Part shown: positions 23,722-32,000 of the stretch, one piece after another
How positions within the stretch are numbered: the stretch's first letter is position 1
Layout of the letters: each line of letters starts with the position of its first letter
Source of the DNA: Candidatus Woesearchaeota archaeon
GTDB lineage: Archaea > Nanobdellota > Nanobdellia > UBA10117
Direction: 5' to 3'
Assembly: GCA_964619325.1 (NCBI GenBank)
Contig: CAZUEL010000002.1
Location: 8,276 to 40,275 of the forward strand
Length of the DNA stretch: 32,000 bases
The notes under the pieces: generated by a model
The model's database searches: none
What the model saw: only the letters and a program-made list of their open reading frames with translations
What the model was told of the DNA's origin: nothing
Made by a program: the position numbers and the translations under genes

Positions 23722-23735
23722 GAAGGCTTAAATAT
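23722..23735 (+). promoter_or_regulatory. BRE/TATA promoter (gaaggcttaaatat) for the dehydrogenase gene
   Basis: Shared aaggcttaaa motif. ATG 23757 lies about 24 nt downstream. Confidence 0.55.
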
Positions 23736-23756
23736 CTCTAACTACGATAAACTTTG

Positions 23757-24713
23757 ATGAAAAAATTCAAAAAATTAGTTTTACTCGGGATTGGCGAACA
23801 ATTGCTAACACCAGACTATTGGAAGCAAATAAGGTCGCTTGCGGAAAAAACAGTGTTGATTTCTAAAGCTGATAAAAATATGGTGGCTGAGCTGGCAGAT
23901 GCAGATGGCCTGCTGGTAAACCAGTTTGTAATACCTGCGCCCAAAGAAACAATAGCTACGGGGCCAAAAATAAAATATATTGGTGTTTTTTCAACAGCCT
24001 ATGGGAAAGTTGACATGGAATATGCAAAACAAAAAGGAATAGTTGTGTGCAACATTCCGGGATTTAGCACTGAAGCAGTTGCTGAGTTTGGTTTTGGTGC
24101 AATTTTAGAATACATCAGAGATTTAGAGCGTTGTAAGCAACTTGCGCGCGATGGGGATTTTTCTGAAGTTCCGAAATTTCCTATGTATGAAATTAGAGGT
24201 AGAAAGTTTGGTGTTATTGGCCTCGGCAGGATTGGTATGCGAATTGCTGAACTTGCACACGCTTTTGGCGCCGAAGTTTCCTATTGGTCAAAAACCAGAA
24301 AGAAAGAAGCTGAAGCAAAAGGAATAAAGTATGCAGAGATAGCCACTATTATTTCTGAATCCGACTTTCTTTCCATAAATTTAGCGCTAAATAAAGATAC
24401 TAACGGGTTCATGAACGCTGCGCGAATAGTAAAAATAAAACTGGGTGCAATTTTCATAAACTTAGCTCCAAATGAGTTAATAGATTTTGACGCATTAAAG
24501 AAAAGGTTGGCAAAAAGTAATATTATTTACATTGCAGACCACACCGACGAAATGTCGCCAGAATTAGTAAAATCATTGCAAGCCTTTAGAAATTGTATCT
24601 TGTATCCGCCGCTCGCTTTTGCAACGAATGAAGCCCGCCAGCTCAAACAAGAAACTTTTGTAAGTAATGCTAAAGCGTTTCTCAATGGTGCGCCAGTAAA
24701 TATAGTTGGTTGA
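23757..24713 (+). CDS. D-isomer-specific 2-hydroxyacid dehydrogenase (glycerate/phosphoglycerate dehydrogenase-like)
   Basis: NAD-binding GVIGLGRIGMRIAELAHAFGAEV and the family layout with a C-terminal catalytic His region (ADHTDE). Confidence 0.85.
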   Translation: MKKFKKLVLLGIGEQLLTPDYWKQIRSLAEKTVLISKADKNMVAELADADGLLVNQFVIPAPKETIATGPKIKYIGVFSTAYGKVDMEYAKQKGIVVCNIPGFSTEAVAEFGFGAILEYIRDLERCKQLARDGDFSEVPKFPMYEIRGRKFGVIGLGRIGMRIAELAHAFGAEVSYWSKTRKKEAEAKGIKYAEIATIISESDFLSINLALNKDTNGFMNAARIVKIKLGAIFINLAPNELIDFDALKKRLAKSNIIYIADHTDEMSPELVKSLQAFRNCILYPPLAFATNEARQLKQETFVSNAKAFLNGAPVNIVG

Positions 24714-24715
24714 TT

Positions 24716-24730
24716 GAAAACCTTAAATAC
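24716..24730 (+). promoter_or_regulatory. BRE/TATA promoter (gaaaaccttaaatac) for radB
   Basis: ATG 24751 lies about 24 nt downstream. Confidence 0.5.
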
Positions 24731-24750
24731 TTTCCCTCCTCTAGAATTGC

Positions 24751-25479
24751 ATGACTAAATTATCAACCGGCTCAAAAATAATTGACCTTCTGCTTGATGG
24801 CGGGCTGGAGCCTGGTGTTATCACGACGCTGTTCGGGCCGGCCAGCTCTGGCAAGTCAAATATCTCGATGCTTGCCGCGATAAACGCAGCGGAGCAGGGC
24901 AAGAAAGTTCTTTTCATAGATACAGAGGGCGGCTTCTCCGCAGAAAGAATAAAACAGCTAAACAAAAACTACGAAAACCTTTTGAAAAACATTGTGATTG
25001 CAAACCCAACAAATTTCGCGGAGCAGAAAAATTATTTCAAGAAATTAATGGATGCAGCAAACCACGAGAAAGCAGGCCTGATTATTGTGGACTCAATCGT
25101 GATGCTTTACAGATTGCAGAAAGCAGAGGAGGACATTTCCACGACAAATCAGGAACTCGCATCACAACTGGCAATCCTCTCGGAAGTCGCGCGAAAGAAA
25201 CAGATTCCAGTGCTTGTCACAAACCAAGTGTACGCGGATTTCAAGAAAGATTCTTCACACAAAGGCAACGGCTTCCGAATGGTCGGCGGGGATTTGCTGA
25301 AATACTGGAGCAAGTGCATCGTCAAGCTGGAAAACCTTGAGCAGGGCGTAAGGCAGGCCAGCATCTACAAACACCGAAGCCTGCCAGAGGGAAAGTCGGT
25401 GCTGTTTGAGATAAAAGAGCAGGGCTTGGAAGAGGCGAAGATGCCTGAGAAAGAGAAGAAAGGGTTTAGGTTGTTTTGA
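24751..25479 (+). CDS. radB: RadB recombinase paralogue (RadA/Rad51 family, short form)
   Basis: 242 aa. LSTGSKIIDLLLDGGLEPGVITTLFGPASSGKSN (Walker A), IVDS (Walker B). Lacks the N-terminal HhH domain. Confidence 0.85.
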   Translation: MTKLSTGSKIIDLLLDGGLEPGVITTLFGPASSGKSNISMLAAINAAEQGKKVLFIDTEGGFSAERIKQLNKNYENLLKNIVIANPTNFAEQKNYFKKLMDAANHEKAGLIIVDSIVMLYRLQKAEEDISTTNQELASQLAILSEVARKKQIPVLVTNQVYADFKKDSSHKGNGFRMVGGDLLKYWSKCIVKLENLEQGVRQASIYKHRSLPEGKSVLFEIKEQGLEEAKMPEKEKKGFRLF

Positions 25480-25538
25480 TAATCACACAAATACTGGTCA
25501 TTAATTTTATAAAGCTAATATTAACTGCATCGGTCGAT

Positions 25539-26330
25539 ATGCGAAATGACTATGCTCTTGCAAAATTAAAAGCTGGTGCAATGGCACTCAGAGATATTCG
25601 GCCGTTCGCGAGATTTGTATTGGATTATTTTGACTGCATAACTGGCGGGAATCCAGTTTACACAGTTAGGGGGCGTAACACATACGTAACTCGCCCACAC
25701 ACAAGAGATTGTGCCACAATAGCTGAAGTTGAATTATTAGGTGTTTATCAACCATCAGGTTTCGAAATACGCGCGAACGATACTATCATCGATATAGGTG
25801 CGCACATTGGTACGTTTTCAGTGCGCGCATCAAGATTTGCAAGTAGTGGTACGATTTATTCTTTCGAACCATTTCCAGAAAATTTTTCTATGTTGCAGCG
25901 CAACCTGCAATTAAATGCTCTAACAAATGTTAAGTCATTTCAAATAGCCATATCTGGCGCAGCAGGTGTGGCACCTTTATTCATATCAGAAACTAATTCT
26001 GGTGGGCACTCGCTGGTTAAGAGCGCCCCTACAGTAAGACACTCAACAAGGAGCGTGCCAGTCACAGTGAAATCACTTGAACAAGTAATTGAGGAGAATG
26101 GAATTAACCGCGTTGATTTCTTAAAAATTGATTGTGAAGGGGCCGAATATGATATTCTACGATCAACTTCGCGGGCAACATTTGAAATTGTAGAAAAAAT
26201 AAGCGTTGAATGTCACAAAATTGCTGGGCGAGACAATAAAACGCTGCGTCCATTTCTAGAGGAACGCGGATTTAGGGTTAGTTTTGGCTTAGAAAATCAC
26301 GAAGTTGCTATGCTCTATGCTAAGCGTTAG
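25539..26330 (+). CDS. FkbM-family SAM-dependent methyltransferase
   Basis: IIDIGAHIGTFSV, YSFEPFPENFSMLQRN, KIDCEGAEY. ATG 25539 is preferred because of ttttataaag at 25505-25514. The alternative is TTG 25476, which overlaps the radB stop. Confidence 0.75.
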   Translation: MRNDYALAKLKAGAMALRDIRPFARFVLDYFDCITGGNPVYTVRGRNTYVTRPHTRDCATIAEVELLGVYQPSGFEIRANDTIIDIGAHIGTFSVRASRFASSGTIYSFEPFPENFSMLQRNLQLNALTNVKSFQIAISGAAGVAPLFISETNSGGHSLVKSAPTVRHSTRSVPVTVKSLEQVIEENGINRVDFLKIDCEGAEYDILRSTSRATFEIVEKISVECHKIAGRDNKTLRPFLEERGFRVSFGLENHEVAMLYAKR

Positions 26331-28383
26331 TTGTATTTTTCCACCCTTCTTTACTCGGGCATTTCGGATTCAAACACATGTCAAAAGGCCTTTGCCCTTT
26401 GCGAATAATTTTGATGATTGGGTATGGGCACTTGTCGCACTGCTTGTCGGCCCGCTTTATCAAAGCCCCCTGCGGCAGAGGGAGCGTGGTCTTGCAGTCC
26501 GGATATTTCGAGCAGGCTGCGAATTGCTTGCCAGTCGCTCTAGATCTTATTGTGCGAATGTCGCCAACCTTGCAGTTGAAACATGACATGAGGAATGCCT
26601 CATCCCGCCGCGCCTCATTCAGCGCAACTCTTAATTCTTCGCCAATCTCTTTTTTGTTTTTCTGGAAATCCTTGCAGATTTTTATCAAAACTTCTTTCGC
26701 CGCGTCTAAAACAGCCGGCATCTTCAGCTTGCCCTTTCTGATTGCGTTCAGCTCTTTCTCAAACTTTTTAGTTAACTCTTCAGAAAGAATTTCGGGCGCA
26801 TATTTCTGGAACGTTTTTACAATTTCTAAACCAAGTTTAGTAACTTGGATTGACGTGCCAGCCACGTAATTTCTGCGGTAAAGTGTGTCAATAATTTCCG
26901 CGCGCGTTGCCTTTGTGCCCAAAGATTTTTTTTCTAATTCTTTTATTATCGAGGCCTGTGAGTATCGCTTTGGCGGTTCTGTTTTTCTTTCTTCAATCGC
27001 GGTTTTTTCATCATATTGCTTGCCCTTCGTGAAAGCAGGCAACTCAACCTCTTCCTTACGGACATAAGGCTGGTAGAACTCTTGCCAGCCCGACTCAATT
27101 GTCCGCGTGCCTTTCAAAATAAATTTTTCTTTCTCAATATCAAACGTTACTGTTGTTGTCTCCCTTGTGCCGGCGTCCGCAAACACAGACAAAAATCTTT
27201 TTACAATCAAATCGTAAATCTTTTTTTGGTACGCATCTAATTGCGTTGGCACTTCGCCGGTTGGGTAGATTGCCGGGTGTGCGGGGTCAGATTTTTTGCC
27301 TTCGTTTGGCCGCAAATCCTTTTTCGCTAGAATTTTCTGTGCTAATTTAGAATATTCTGTTTGCATCGACAAAGAAGTTAATAATTTTTTATAATTCAAC
27401 TGCGGCGGCAGCTTCTGCGATGATGTTCGCGGGTAAGAAATATAAGCTGCGGTGTAAAGTTCTTGTGCAATCTCCAAGGTTTTCTTTGGTGGAATCCTAA
27501 ATACGCGGTATGCTTCTATCTGCATGCTCGTCAAATCAAACGGAAACGGCGGATTGACTGCTTGTTTGACTGCTTCAGTTGAAAGAACTGTGGCTGGCTT
27601 GTCTTTCACTTTCACGAAAACCGTTTCCGCGTCTTTCTTTTCCCAGAATTTATCTTTTTCGTGCGTTGCGATTAGCGGCTCTGTTACTTGCGGATGTTTC
27701 ACGTTCGCAAAAATCTGCCAGTACGGCTGCGAAATAAAATTTTGAATTTCTAATTCTCTATCTGCTAAAATTTTAAGGGCTGGCCCCTGCACTCTGCCGA
27801 TGGAAAGTGCAGTAAAGCTGTGTGTTGCTGCGTTTAAAGCGTCCGAGGCTGCGCGGGAAAGATTGATACCATACCACCAGTCCAACCAGTGCCTTGTTTC
27901 TCCGGCTTCGGCTTGGCCCCACTCCAAATGCGGTAGAAGATTTGCATACGCATCTTTCAGATCGCCTGCAGTTAAAGTTGAGAATTTCATTCGCTTGGCA
28001 TCCTTCTGGCCTGCCGCGAATCTGATTATGTTGAGGCCGATGACTTCACCCTCGGTATCAAAGTCTGTTGCGACAACAAATTCATCCGCTTCCTTTGATA
28101 ATTTCTTCAGGTTCTCCAAGTATGGCTTTGAGAACGCAGCAGTCTTTGAAGTTTCAGAAGTTGGTTTCCACTCAATATCAAAAACTGGGTATTTATAGCC
28201 CTTTTCCTTTTGCGCGAGGGTGTAGAGGTGGCCGACTGCCGGCACTACCAACACCTCTTTCGGGCCGACCTTGACTTCAAAATAGCCGATTTTGCCCAAA
28301 GTTTTCCTGACTGACCGGCCCAGCGCTGAGGCTATTTTTTGGGCTGCTGCAGGTTTCTCTGAGATAATCAACTGGGTTGGCAT
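26320..28383 (-). CDS. topA: type IA DNA topoisomerase
   Basis: N-terminal Toprim (LIISEKPAAAQKIA, DFDTEGE), active-site YISYPRTSS, C-terminal Cys4 zinc ribbons (CFNC..CSKYPDC, CDKCPYP..C). Confidence 0.95.
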   Translation of the reverse strand: MPTQLIISEKPAAAQKIASALGRSVRKTLGKIGYFEVKVGPKEVLVVPAVGHLYTLAQKEKGYKYPVFDIEWKPTSETSKTAAFSKPYLENLKKLSKEADEFVVATDFDTEGEVIGLNIIRFAAGQKDAKRMKFSTLTAGDLKDAYANLLPHLEWGQAEAGETRHWLDWWYGINLSRAASDALNAATHSFTALSIGRVQGPALKILADRELEIQNFISQPYWQIFANVKHPQVTEPLIATHEKDKFWEKKDAETVFVKVKDKPATVLSTEAVKQAVNPPFPFDLTSMQIEAYRVFRIPPKKTLEIAQELYTAAYISYPRTSSQKLPPQLNYKKLLTSLSMQTEYSKLAQKILAKKDLRPNEGKKSDPAHPAIYPTGEVPTQLDAYQKKIYDLIVKRFLSVFADAGTRETTTVTFDIEKEKFILKGTRTIESGWQEFYQPYVRKEEVELPAFTKGKQYDEKTAIEERKTEPPKRYSQASIIKELEKKSLGTKATRAEIIDTLYRRNYVAGTSIQVTKLGLEIVKTFQKYAPEILSEELTKKFEKELNAIRKGKLKMPAVLDAAKEVLIKICKDFQKNKKEIGEELRVALNEARRDEAFLMSCFNCKVGDIRTIRSRATGKQFAACSKYPDCKTTLPLPQGALIKRADKQCDKCPYPIIKIIRKGQRPFDMCLNPKCPSKEGWKNTTNA

Positions 28384-28403
28384 AACGCTCTTTGCGATAC
28401 CAT

Positions 28404-28413
28404 CCTTTATAAA
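28404..28413 (-). promoter_or_regulatory. TATA box (ttttataaag) for topA
   Basis: tataaa ends 22-23 nt upstream of ATG 28383. Confidence 0.55.
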
Positions 28414-28431
28414 ATATGGAGGGTGGCAGGG

Positions 28432-28445
28432 GAAGGCTTAAAAAC
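28432..28445 (+). promoter_or_regulatory. BRE/TATA promoter (gaaggcttaaaaac)
   Basis: Third copy of the aaggcttaaa motif. Predicted TSS is near 28465, upstream of GGAGA and ATG 28494. Confidence 0.5.
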
Positions 28446-28493
28446 TGCTCAATTCGTGATATTAAATTCAAAACTATCGGAGAATATGATAAA

Positions 28494-28721
28494 ATGGGAA
28501 CAAATTTTGGGTATCGCGGGACACCGCCACCAACAGTGACGAAACTAGCATTAGCCGAACACCACGCACTAAGACAGTCTGGCGATCCACTAGACAATAG
28601 AGTCGGAGACAAAGCCGATGATGACAAAGGCATGCCGCCTGGTGCTTACACCATTCCACAAACACCTGCAGAAGACGAACAACTCAATGTGTTGTTAAGG
28701 CGCGGCAAGGTCACGTTGTAA
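28494..28721 (+). CDS. hypothetical 75-aa protein
   Basis: MGTNFGYRGTPPPTV... Start chosen downstream of the promoter and SD-like GGAGA. No family recognised. Confidence 0.4.
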   Translation: MGTNFGYRGTPPPTVTKLALAEHHALRQSGDPLDNRVGDKADDDKGMPPGAYTIPQTPAEDEQLNVLLRRGKVTL

Positions 28722-29321
28722 CTAAACCTCGATAATCCTTCCGCTTTTTCCCACAGAAATTATTTTTGTCTTTCCTACTAAATCTTCAATCCCTTCTGCC
28801 TCGTGAATGTTTGAGCTGATTGCAATTGTCGGCTGGATTTTATCAATCGCCCTGCGGATTCCATCTGAGCCGAAAAATCTGCCGTCAAAATCTATTTTTG
28901 TTCCTGATGGGTGAGCGTGCGTTACAACGATTGTCTTTTTAGTTCCTTTAACCTTATCCGCACTCCTTTTCAGTAAATCGTAGAGCTCCTTCTCGCTCAG
29001 GCCGAAAATGCCAAAGTTTGCTGAGCCAGCCCCGAACAAGGCAACATCGCCGAACTTTGCGTAGTAGCCATGCAAGAATTTCATCCCATACAGCTTTGCC
29101 ATTGTCTCTGCGTGCGCGGGCGATTCGTGGTTGCCGGGGATTAAGGCGAGGTTTAGGCCTTTCTCCTTAAAAACTTTGAATAAGCCGGGCGTATGCCGCT
29201 CGGACTGCGTGAAATCGCCTGCGAATAAAACTAAATCTACCGCTTCTCGTGAGGCTTGCTCCGCCAGCTTCTTTGCCTGTGTTAGGTCACCGTGCAGGCA
29301 ACCGACTGCGAGGATTTTCAT
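28722..29321 (-). CDS. metallophosphoesterase (YfcE/MJ0936-like)
   Basis: MKILAVGCLHGD, AGDF, GNHE, VTHAHP motifs. Confidence 0.85.
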   Translation of the reverse strand: MKILAVGCLHGDLTQAKKLAEQASREAVDLVLFAGDFTQSERHTPGLFKVFKEKGLNLALIPGNHESPAHAETMAKLYGMKFLHGYYAKFGDVALFGAGSANFGIFGLSEKELYDLLKRSADKVKGTKKTIVVTHAHPSGTKIDFDGRFFGSDGIRRAIDKIQPTIAISSNIHEAEGIEDLVGKTKIISVGKSGRIIEV

Positions 29322-29347
29322 TTTTTAGTCCGGATTGAATGGGTCTG

Positions 29348-29650
29348 CTAGTGGAATATAAGGCTTTTCTGCGCGGCTGGGTTATATGCCGCCCCATTAA
29401 ACTGTCTGTGTGATTGCCAGCGAACGTACAAATTATGCGCCGCTTTGGCAGCCATCGTTCCGCCAACCAAAAGCAGACCTAGTGCGGCACCGCCTGGGCC
29501 AGCAAGGATATCTAGTGCTGGTGAGCCTGCCTGAAGATCTCGCGCGGCGTTAATTGCACTGGCGATGCCCGGCATAAGCACGCTCGAACCTACGCCCAAT
29601 AAAACGCCATCGAGAGTACCGCTACCGGCTTCGGATTTACTAAGTTCCAT
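29348..29650 (-). CDS. Gly/Ala-rich small membrane protein, function unknown
   Basis: 100 aa with glycine-zipper-like hydrophobic segments. TATA at 29671-29680 lies 22 nt upstream of the ATG. Confidence 0.5.
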   Translation of the reverse strand: MELSKSEAGSGTLDGVLLGVGSSVLMPGIASAINAARDLQAGSPALDILAGPGGAALGLLLVGGTMAAKAAHNLYVRWQSHRQFNGAAYNPAAQKSLIFH

Positions 29651-29670
29651 GCACTAATTTCAATATAGTC

Positions 29671-29680
29671 ACCTTATAAA
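29671..29680 (-). promoter_or_regulatory. TATA box (ctttataagg) for the Gly-rich/phosphoesterase unit
   Basis: 22-nt spacing to ATG 29650. Sits just downstream of the upstream gene's stop (29683-29685). Confidence 0.5.
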
Positions 29681-29682
29681 GC

Positions 29683-30072
29683 TTACCCTATCGCTGATCT
29701 AGAAAAGCTCTGCTGTGCATCCAAAAGCTCATAAACCGTACGTGCAAAATCTGCTATTGCCTGCCTGTATTGTTCCGCGCGCCCCACAGTTAGATAAAAG
29801 TTCTGTACCAGTAAGGTGAGCCCGGTATAAATTGCTTCTGTATTTATGCTAGTGACTAGTGTCTGCTCCCACAACAAGGGGGCTTGCTTTCGCACTAAAA
29901 CCTGCCGGCCTTCTTTACCATCTTGCAACTCGAACGCATAGCCGATCTGCGCCGCCGCGATTTTCATAACATCGAGCAACGTTTTTCCATCTACAGAAAA
30001 ATTCCATTTTAACTCCAAGGGTGGTGCTTTCTCTAATAAGTGTTTGAGTGGCCAAATTTTAGAGAGTTTCAT
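29683..30072 (-). CDS. hypothetical 129-aa protein co-transcribed with serS
   Basis: ATG lies 1 nt after the serS stop. No family recognised. Confidence 0.5.
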   Translation of the reverse strand: MKLSKIWPLKHLLEKAPPLELKWNFSVDGKTLLDVMKIAAAQIGYAFELQDGKEGRQVLVRKQAPLLWEQTLVTSINTEAIYTGLTLLVQNFYLTVGRAEQYRQAIADFARTVYELLDAQQSFSRSAIG

Positions 30073-30073
30073 C

Positions 30074-31345
30074 TTATTTCAATTTTTTAATTTCCTTAAA
30101 CCCAGTATATTCCCAGAGCACCTTCGGAATCCTTATGCTGCCGTCCTTCTGCTGGAAGTTCTCCACGAGGCAGGCCATCGCCCGCTCGGTTGCGATCGCG
30201 GTGTTATTTAGCGTGTCTGCAACGAAGGTCTTGCCTTCCCACTGATACTTAATGTTCGAGCGCCTGCCCTGGTAATCCCGCAAAATAGAGCATGAGCCGA
30301 GCTCCCGGTATTTCTGCTGTGATGGGAACCAGCCTTCCAGGTCGATTGTCTTGCCATCCTTCTTTCCCAAATCGCCGGAGCACAGCATCAGGAGCCGGTA
30401 TGGAATCTCGAGCGCCTTGAAAACCTCTTCCAAGTTTGCCAAAAGTATGTCGAACTCCTTCTCCGCCTGCTCTTTCCTGCAAATCACGACTTGTTCAACT
30501 TTCTCAAACTGGTGTATGCGGAAAATGCCTTTGGTGTCCTTGCCGTGGGTGCCGGCCTCTTTTCTAAAGCACGGGGAGATGCCTGCAAATCGCAGTGGCA
30601 GGCTTTTCCCATCAACCGCGCGGTCGCGCATGTATGCAACGAGCGGGTGTTCTGCTGTTGCTATTAAATATAAGTCCTCGTCCTGAATTTTGTAAATGGA
30701 ATCCTCAAACGCGGAGATGTGGACCGCACCCGAAACCGCGGCTTTGTTCAGCATGTACGGCGGCTGAATCGGCGTAAAACCTTTTTTTATCAGCAAGTCA
30801 AGCGCAAAATCTATTATCGCGTGATTCAGTTTCACTAACTGGTTTTTCAAATAGTAAAATCTCGCTCCTGCAACCTTTGCGGCCTGCTCGACATCCAGGC
30901 AGTCCAGCGCTTCCAGCAAGTCCTGGTGGTGCTTCGGTGTAAACGTAAAGCTTGGAAGCTTACCTACCTTCTTCATCTCCACGTTATCAGTTTCATCTTT
31001 GCCGACTGGAACATCTGACTCCAGCAAATTCGGTATTTCCAGAAGCACCTTGTCGCGCATCATCTTTGTGGTGTTGGCCTGCTCGTCAACCTTCTTCAGT
31101 TCATCAATGAGCTCCTTTGTTTTCTTAATTTCCGCGGCTGCTGGCTTGCCTGCCTTTTTCAGCTGATTGATTTTTTCAGAAATAACATTGCGCTCGTGCT
31201 TGAGTTTCTCGGCCTGCTGCAGGTACTCACGCCATTTTTCATCCAGCCTCGTGACTTCTTCCACTAATTCTACTGGCTGGCCTCGCTTCTGCTGGCTCTC
31301 CTTGATTACTTCGGGGTTTTTTCTGAATAGCTCGATGTCTAACAT
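30074..31345 (-). CDS. serS: seryl-tRNA synthetase
   Basis: 423 aa. N-terminal coiled-coil arm (MLDIELFRKNPEVIKESQQKRG...) and a class II core (FRIHQFEKVEQ, GSCSILRDYQGRR). Confidence 0.95.
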   Translation of the reverse strand: MLDIELFRKNPEVIKESQQKRGQPVELVEEVTRLDEKWREYLQQAEKLKHERNVISEKINQLKKAGKPAAAEIKKTKELIDELKKVDEQANTTKMMRDKVLLEIPNLLESDVPVGKDETDNVEMKKVGKLPSFTFTPKHHQDLLEALDCLDVEQAAKVAGARFYYLKNQLVKLNHAIIDFALDLLIKKGFTPIQPPYMLNKAAVSGAVHISAFEDSIYKIQDEDLYLIATAEHPLVAYMRDRAVDGKSLPLRFAGISPCFRKEAGTHGKDTKGIFRIHQFEKVEQVVICRKEQAEKEFDILLANLEEVFKALEIPYRLLMLCSGDLGKKDGKTIDLEGWFPSQQKYRELGSCSILRDYQGRRSNIKYQWEGKTFVADTLNNTAIATERAMACLVENFQQKDGSIRIPKVLWEYTGFKEIKKLK

Positions 31346-31366
31346 AATACTACCTCAGTGACTTGA

Positions 31367-31376
31367 ACTTTAAAAG
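31367..31376 (-). promoter_or_regulatory. TATA box (cttttaaagt) for serS
   Basis: tttaaa ends about 24 nt upstream of ATG 31345. Confidence 0.5.
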
Positions 31377-31517
31377 TTTGAGCTACTAAAAAGTCCTTGA
31401 ACCAGTTCCCTACTGGGATTGGCAGACAATCATCTCACATTAACTTTTTAATTAGGGTTTAAATATGTTTTGGTTTATAACTTTATTTGCCAAGTGTAGC
31501 AAGTATTTTAGAAATAG

Positions 31518-31895
31518 TTATACGCCAGTGCCGTGTGGTTTACGCAACTCGTTCGCATAGCCATCGCAAAGTTCTGTTAGCGTTGACATCTCGCCTTGGG
31601 TTAATGGCCTAAACTCCGTAGTAATGCAATCGTCCAATCGTGCCAGCGCATAAGGAAGGTTTATTATTGAAAAAGCGCATCCATTATTCAGACCATGTTT
31701 GAATTCTACCGTAGTGGTTATTTTCAGAGCAAGGTCTTTCAGGGTTTTGGCCCGAAAACCTGGTCTATTTATCAATACGACAATATCAGATTTTTCGGGC
31801 AAATAATTTATTTGGACAGCTACGTATGCATCCGTGTGCCCAGATGCCAATCGCGCACTAACCAACACACTTGGAAAATCAGAAACACCAGCCAT
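31518..31895 (-). CDS. hypothetical 125-aa protein
   Basis: ORF with a TATA (cttttaagg) about 22-24 nt upstream of ATG 31895. No family recognised. Confidence 0.5.
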   Translation of the reverse strand: MAGVSDFPSVLVSARLASGHTDAYVAVQINYLPEKSDIVVLINRPGFRAKTLKDLALKITTTVEFKHGLNNGCAFSIINLPYALARLDDCITTEFRPLTQGEMSTLTELCDGYANELRKPHGTGV

Positions 31896-31911
31896 AGTTG
31901 ATTTAACTTGC

Positions 31912-31927
31912 GCAAGCCTTAAAAGAA
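31912..31927. promoter_or_regulatory. divergent promoter region (gcaagccttaaaagaa)
   Basis: The near-palindromic ccttaaaagg-type box fits the -22 spacing for ATG 31895 and lies about 30 nt upstream of ATG 31954. Confidence 0.4.
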
Positions 31928-31953
31928 TTTCTATCTTTAATTATTTAATAAAA

Positions 31954-32000
31954 ATGAGTGGTGGACCAACAGGACCGGCTTTGATTGTTAACTGCAGGTC
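31954..32000 (+). CDS. possible start of a gene truncated by the window end (MSGGPTGPALIVNCR...)
   Basis: ATG downstream of the divergent promoter. Only 15 codons are visible. Confidence 0.25.
   Translation, partial: MSGGPTGPALIVNCR

Noticed and set aside
31385-31440. Possible small RNA: a tttaaa box at 31458-31463 (- strand), then the hairpin CCAGU-aggga-ACUGG and a T5 run
   Set aside because: No C/D or H/ACA boxes are present. The hairpin plus T-run is equally well explained as the terminator of the 31518-31895 gene, and the box may belong to neighbouring promoters.
1-32000. Scan for tRNA, rRNA, CRISPR arrays, transposases, integrases or classic defence genes
   Set aside because: I found no GTTCGAATC-type T-arm with a cloverleaf, no regularly spaced direct repeats, and no ORF with DDE, tyrosine or serine recombinase, Cas or restriction-enzyme motifs.

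Overview
Archaeal chromosomal window. Support: AglB/STT3 oligosaccharyltransferase, RadB, family-B DNA polymerase, CDC48, type-2 MetAP, a histone-fold protein, and TATA boxes about 22 nt upstream of leaderless start codons. Tight packing and many orphan small proteins suggest a reduced-genome lineage such as DPANN; that is inference only. I call about 40 protein genes. They include two convergent peptidases (M24, M1), an N-glycosylation cluster (aglB, GlcNAc-1-P transferase, flippase, GT2), an MFS transporter, and a pepE-like/DUF5680-like/cysS/zinc-finger operon. Also present: a histone-fold gene translationally coupled to polB, map, cdc48, a 2-hydroxyacid dehydrogenase, radB, an FkbM methyltransferase, a type IA topoisomerase, a metallophosphoesterase and serS. 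I saw no rRNA, tRNA, CRISPR array, transposase or integrase. Main findings: (1) A 54-nt cassette (closing helix plus hairpins) sits in frame, in the same codon phase, in both peptidase genes, with compensatory stem changes; it resembles the in-frame Rickettsia palindromic elements. (2) A ~330-nt GC-rich multi-hairpin RNA locus lies at 14941-15269 (- strand). It has its own consensus promoter, and the predicted TSS falls at the base of a terminal helix. I could not assign it by eye to RNase P or SRP RNA. It lies between an orphan wHTH + 116-aa gene pair and an operon (including cysS) that has no promoter of its own. (3) A histone-fold gene is stop/start-coupled to polB. (4) Two micro-ORFs (27-aa polybasic, 39-aa polyacidic) each have a promoter, a leader and a strong SD.
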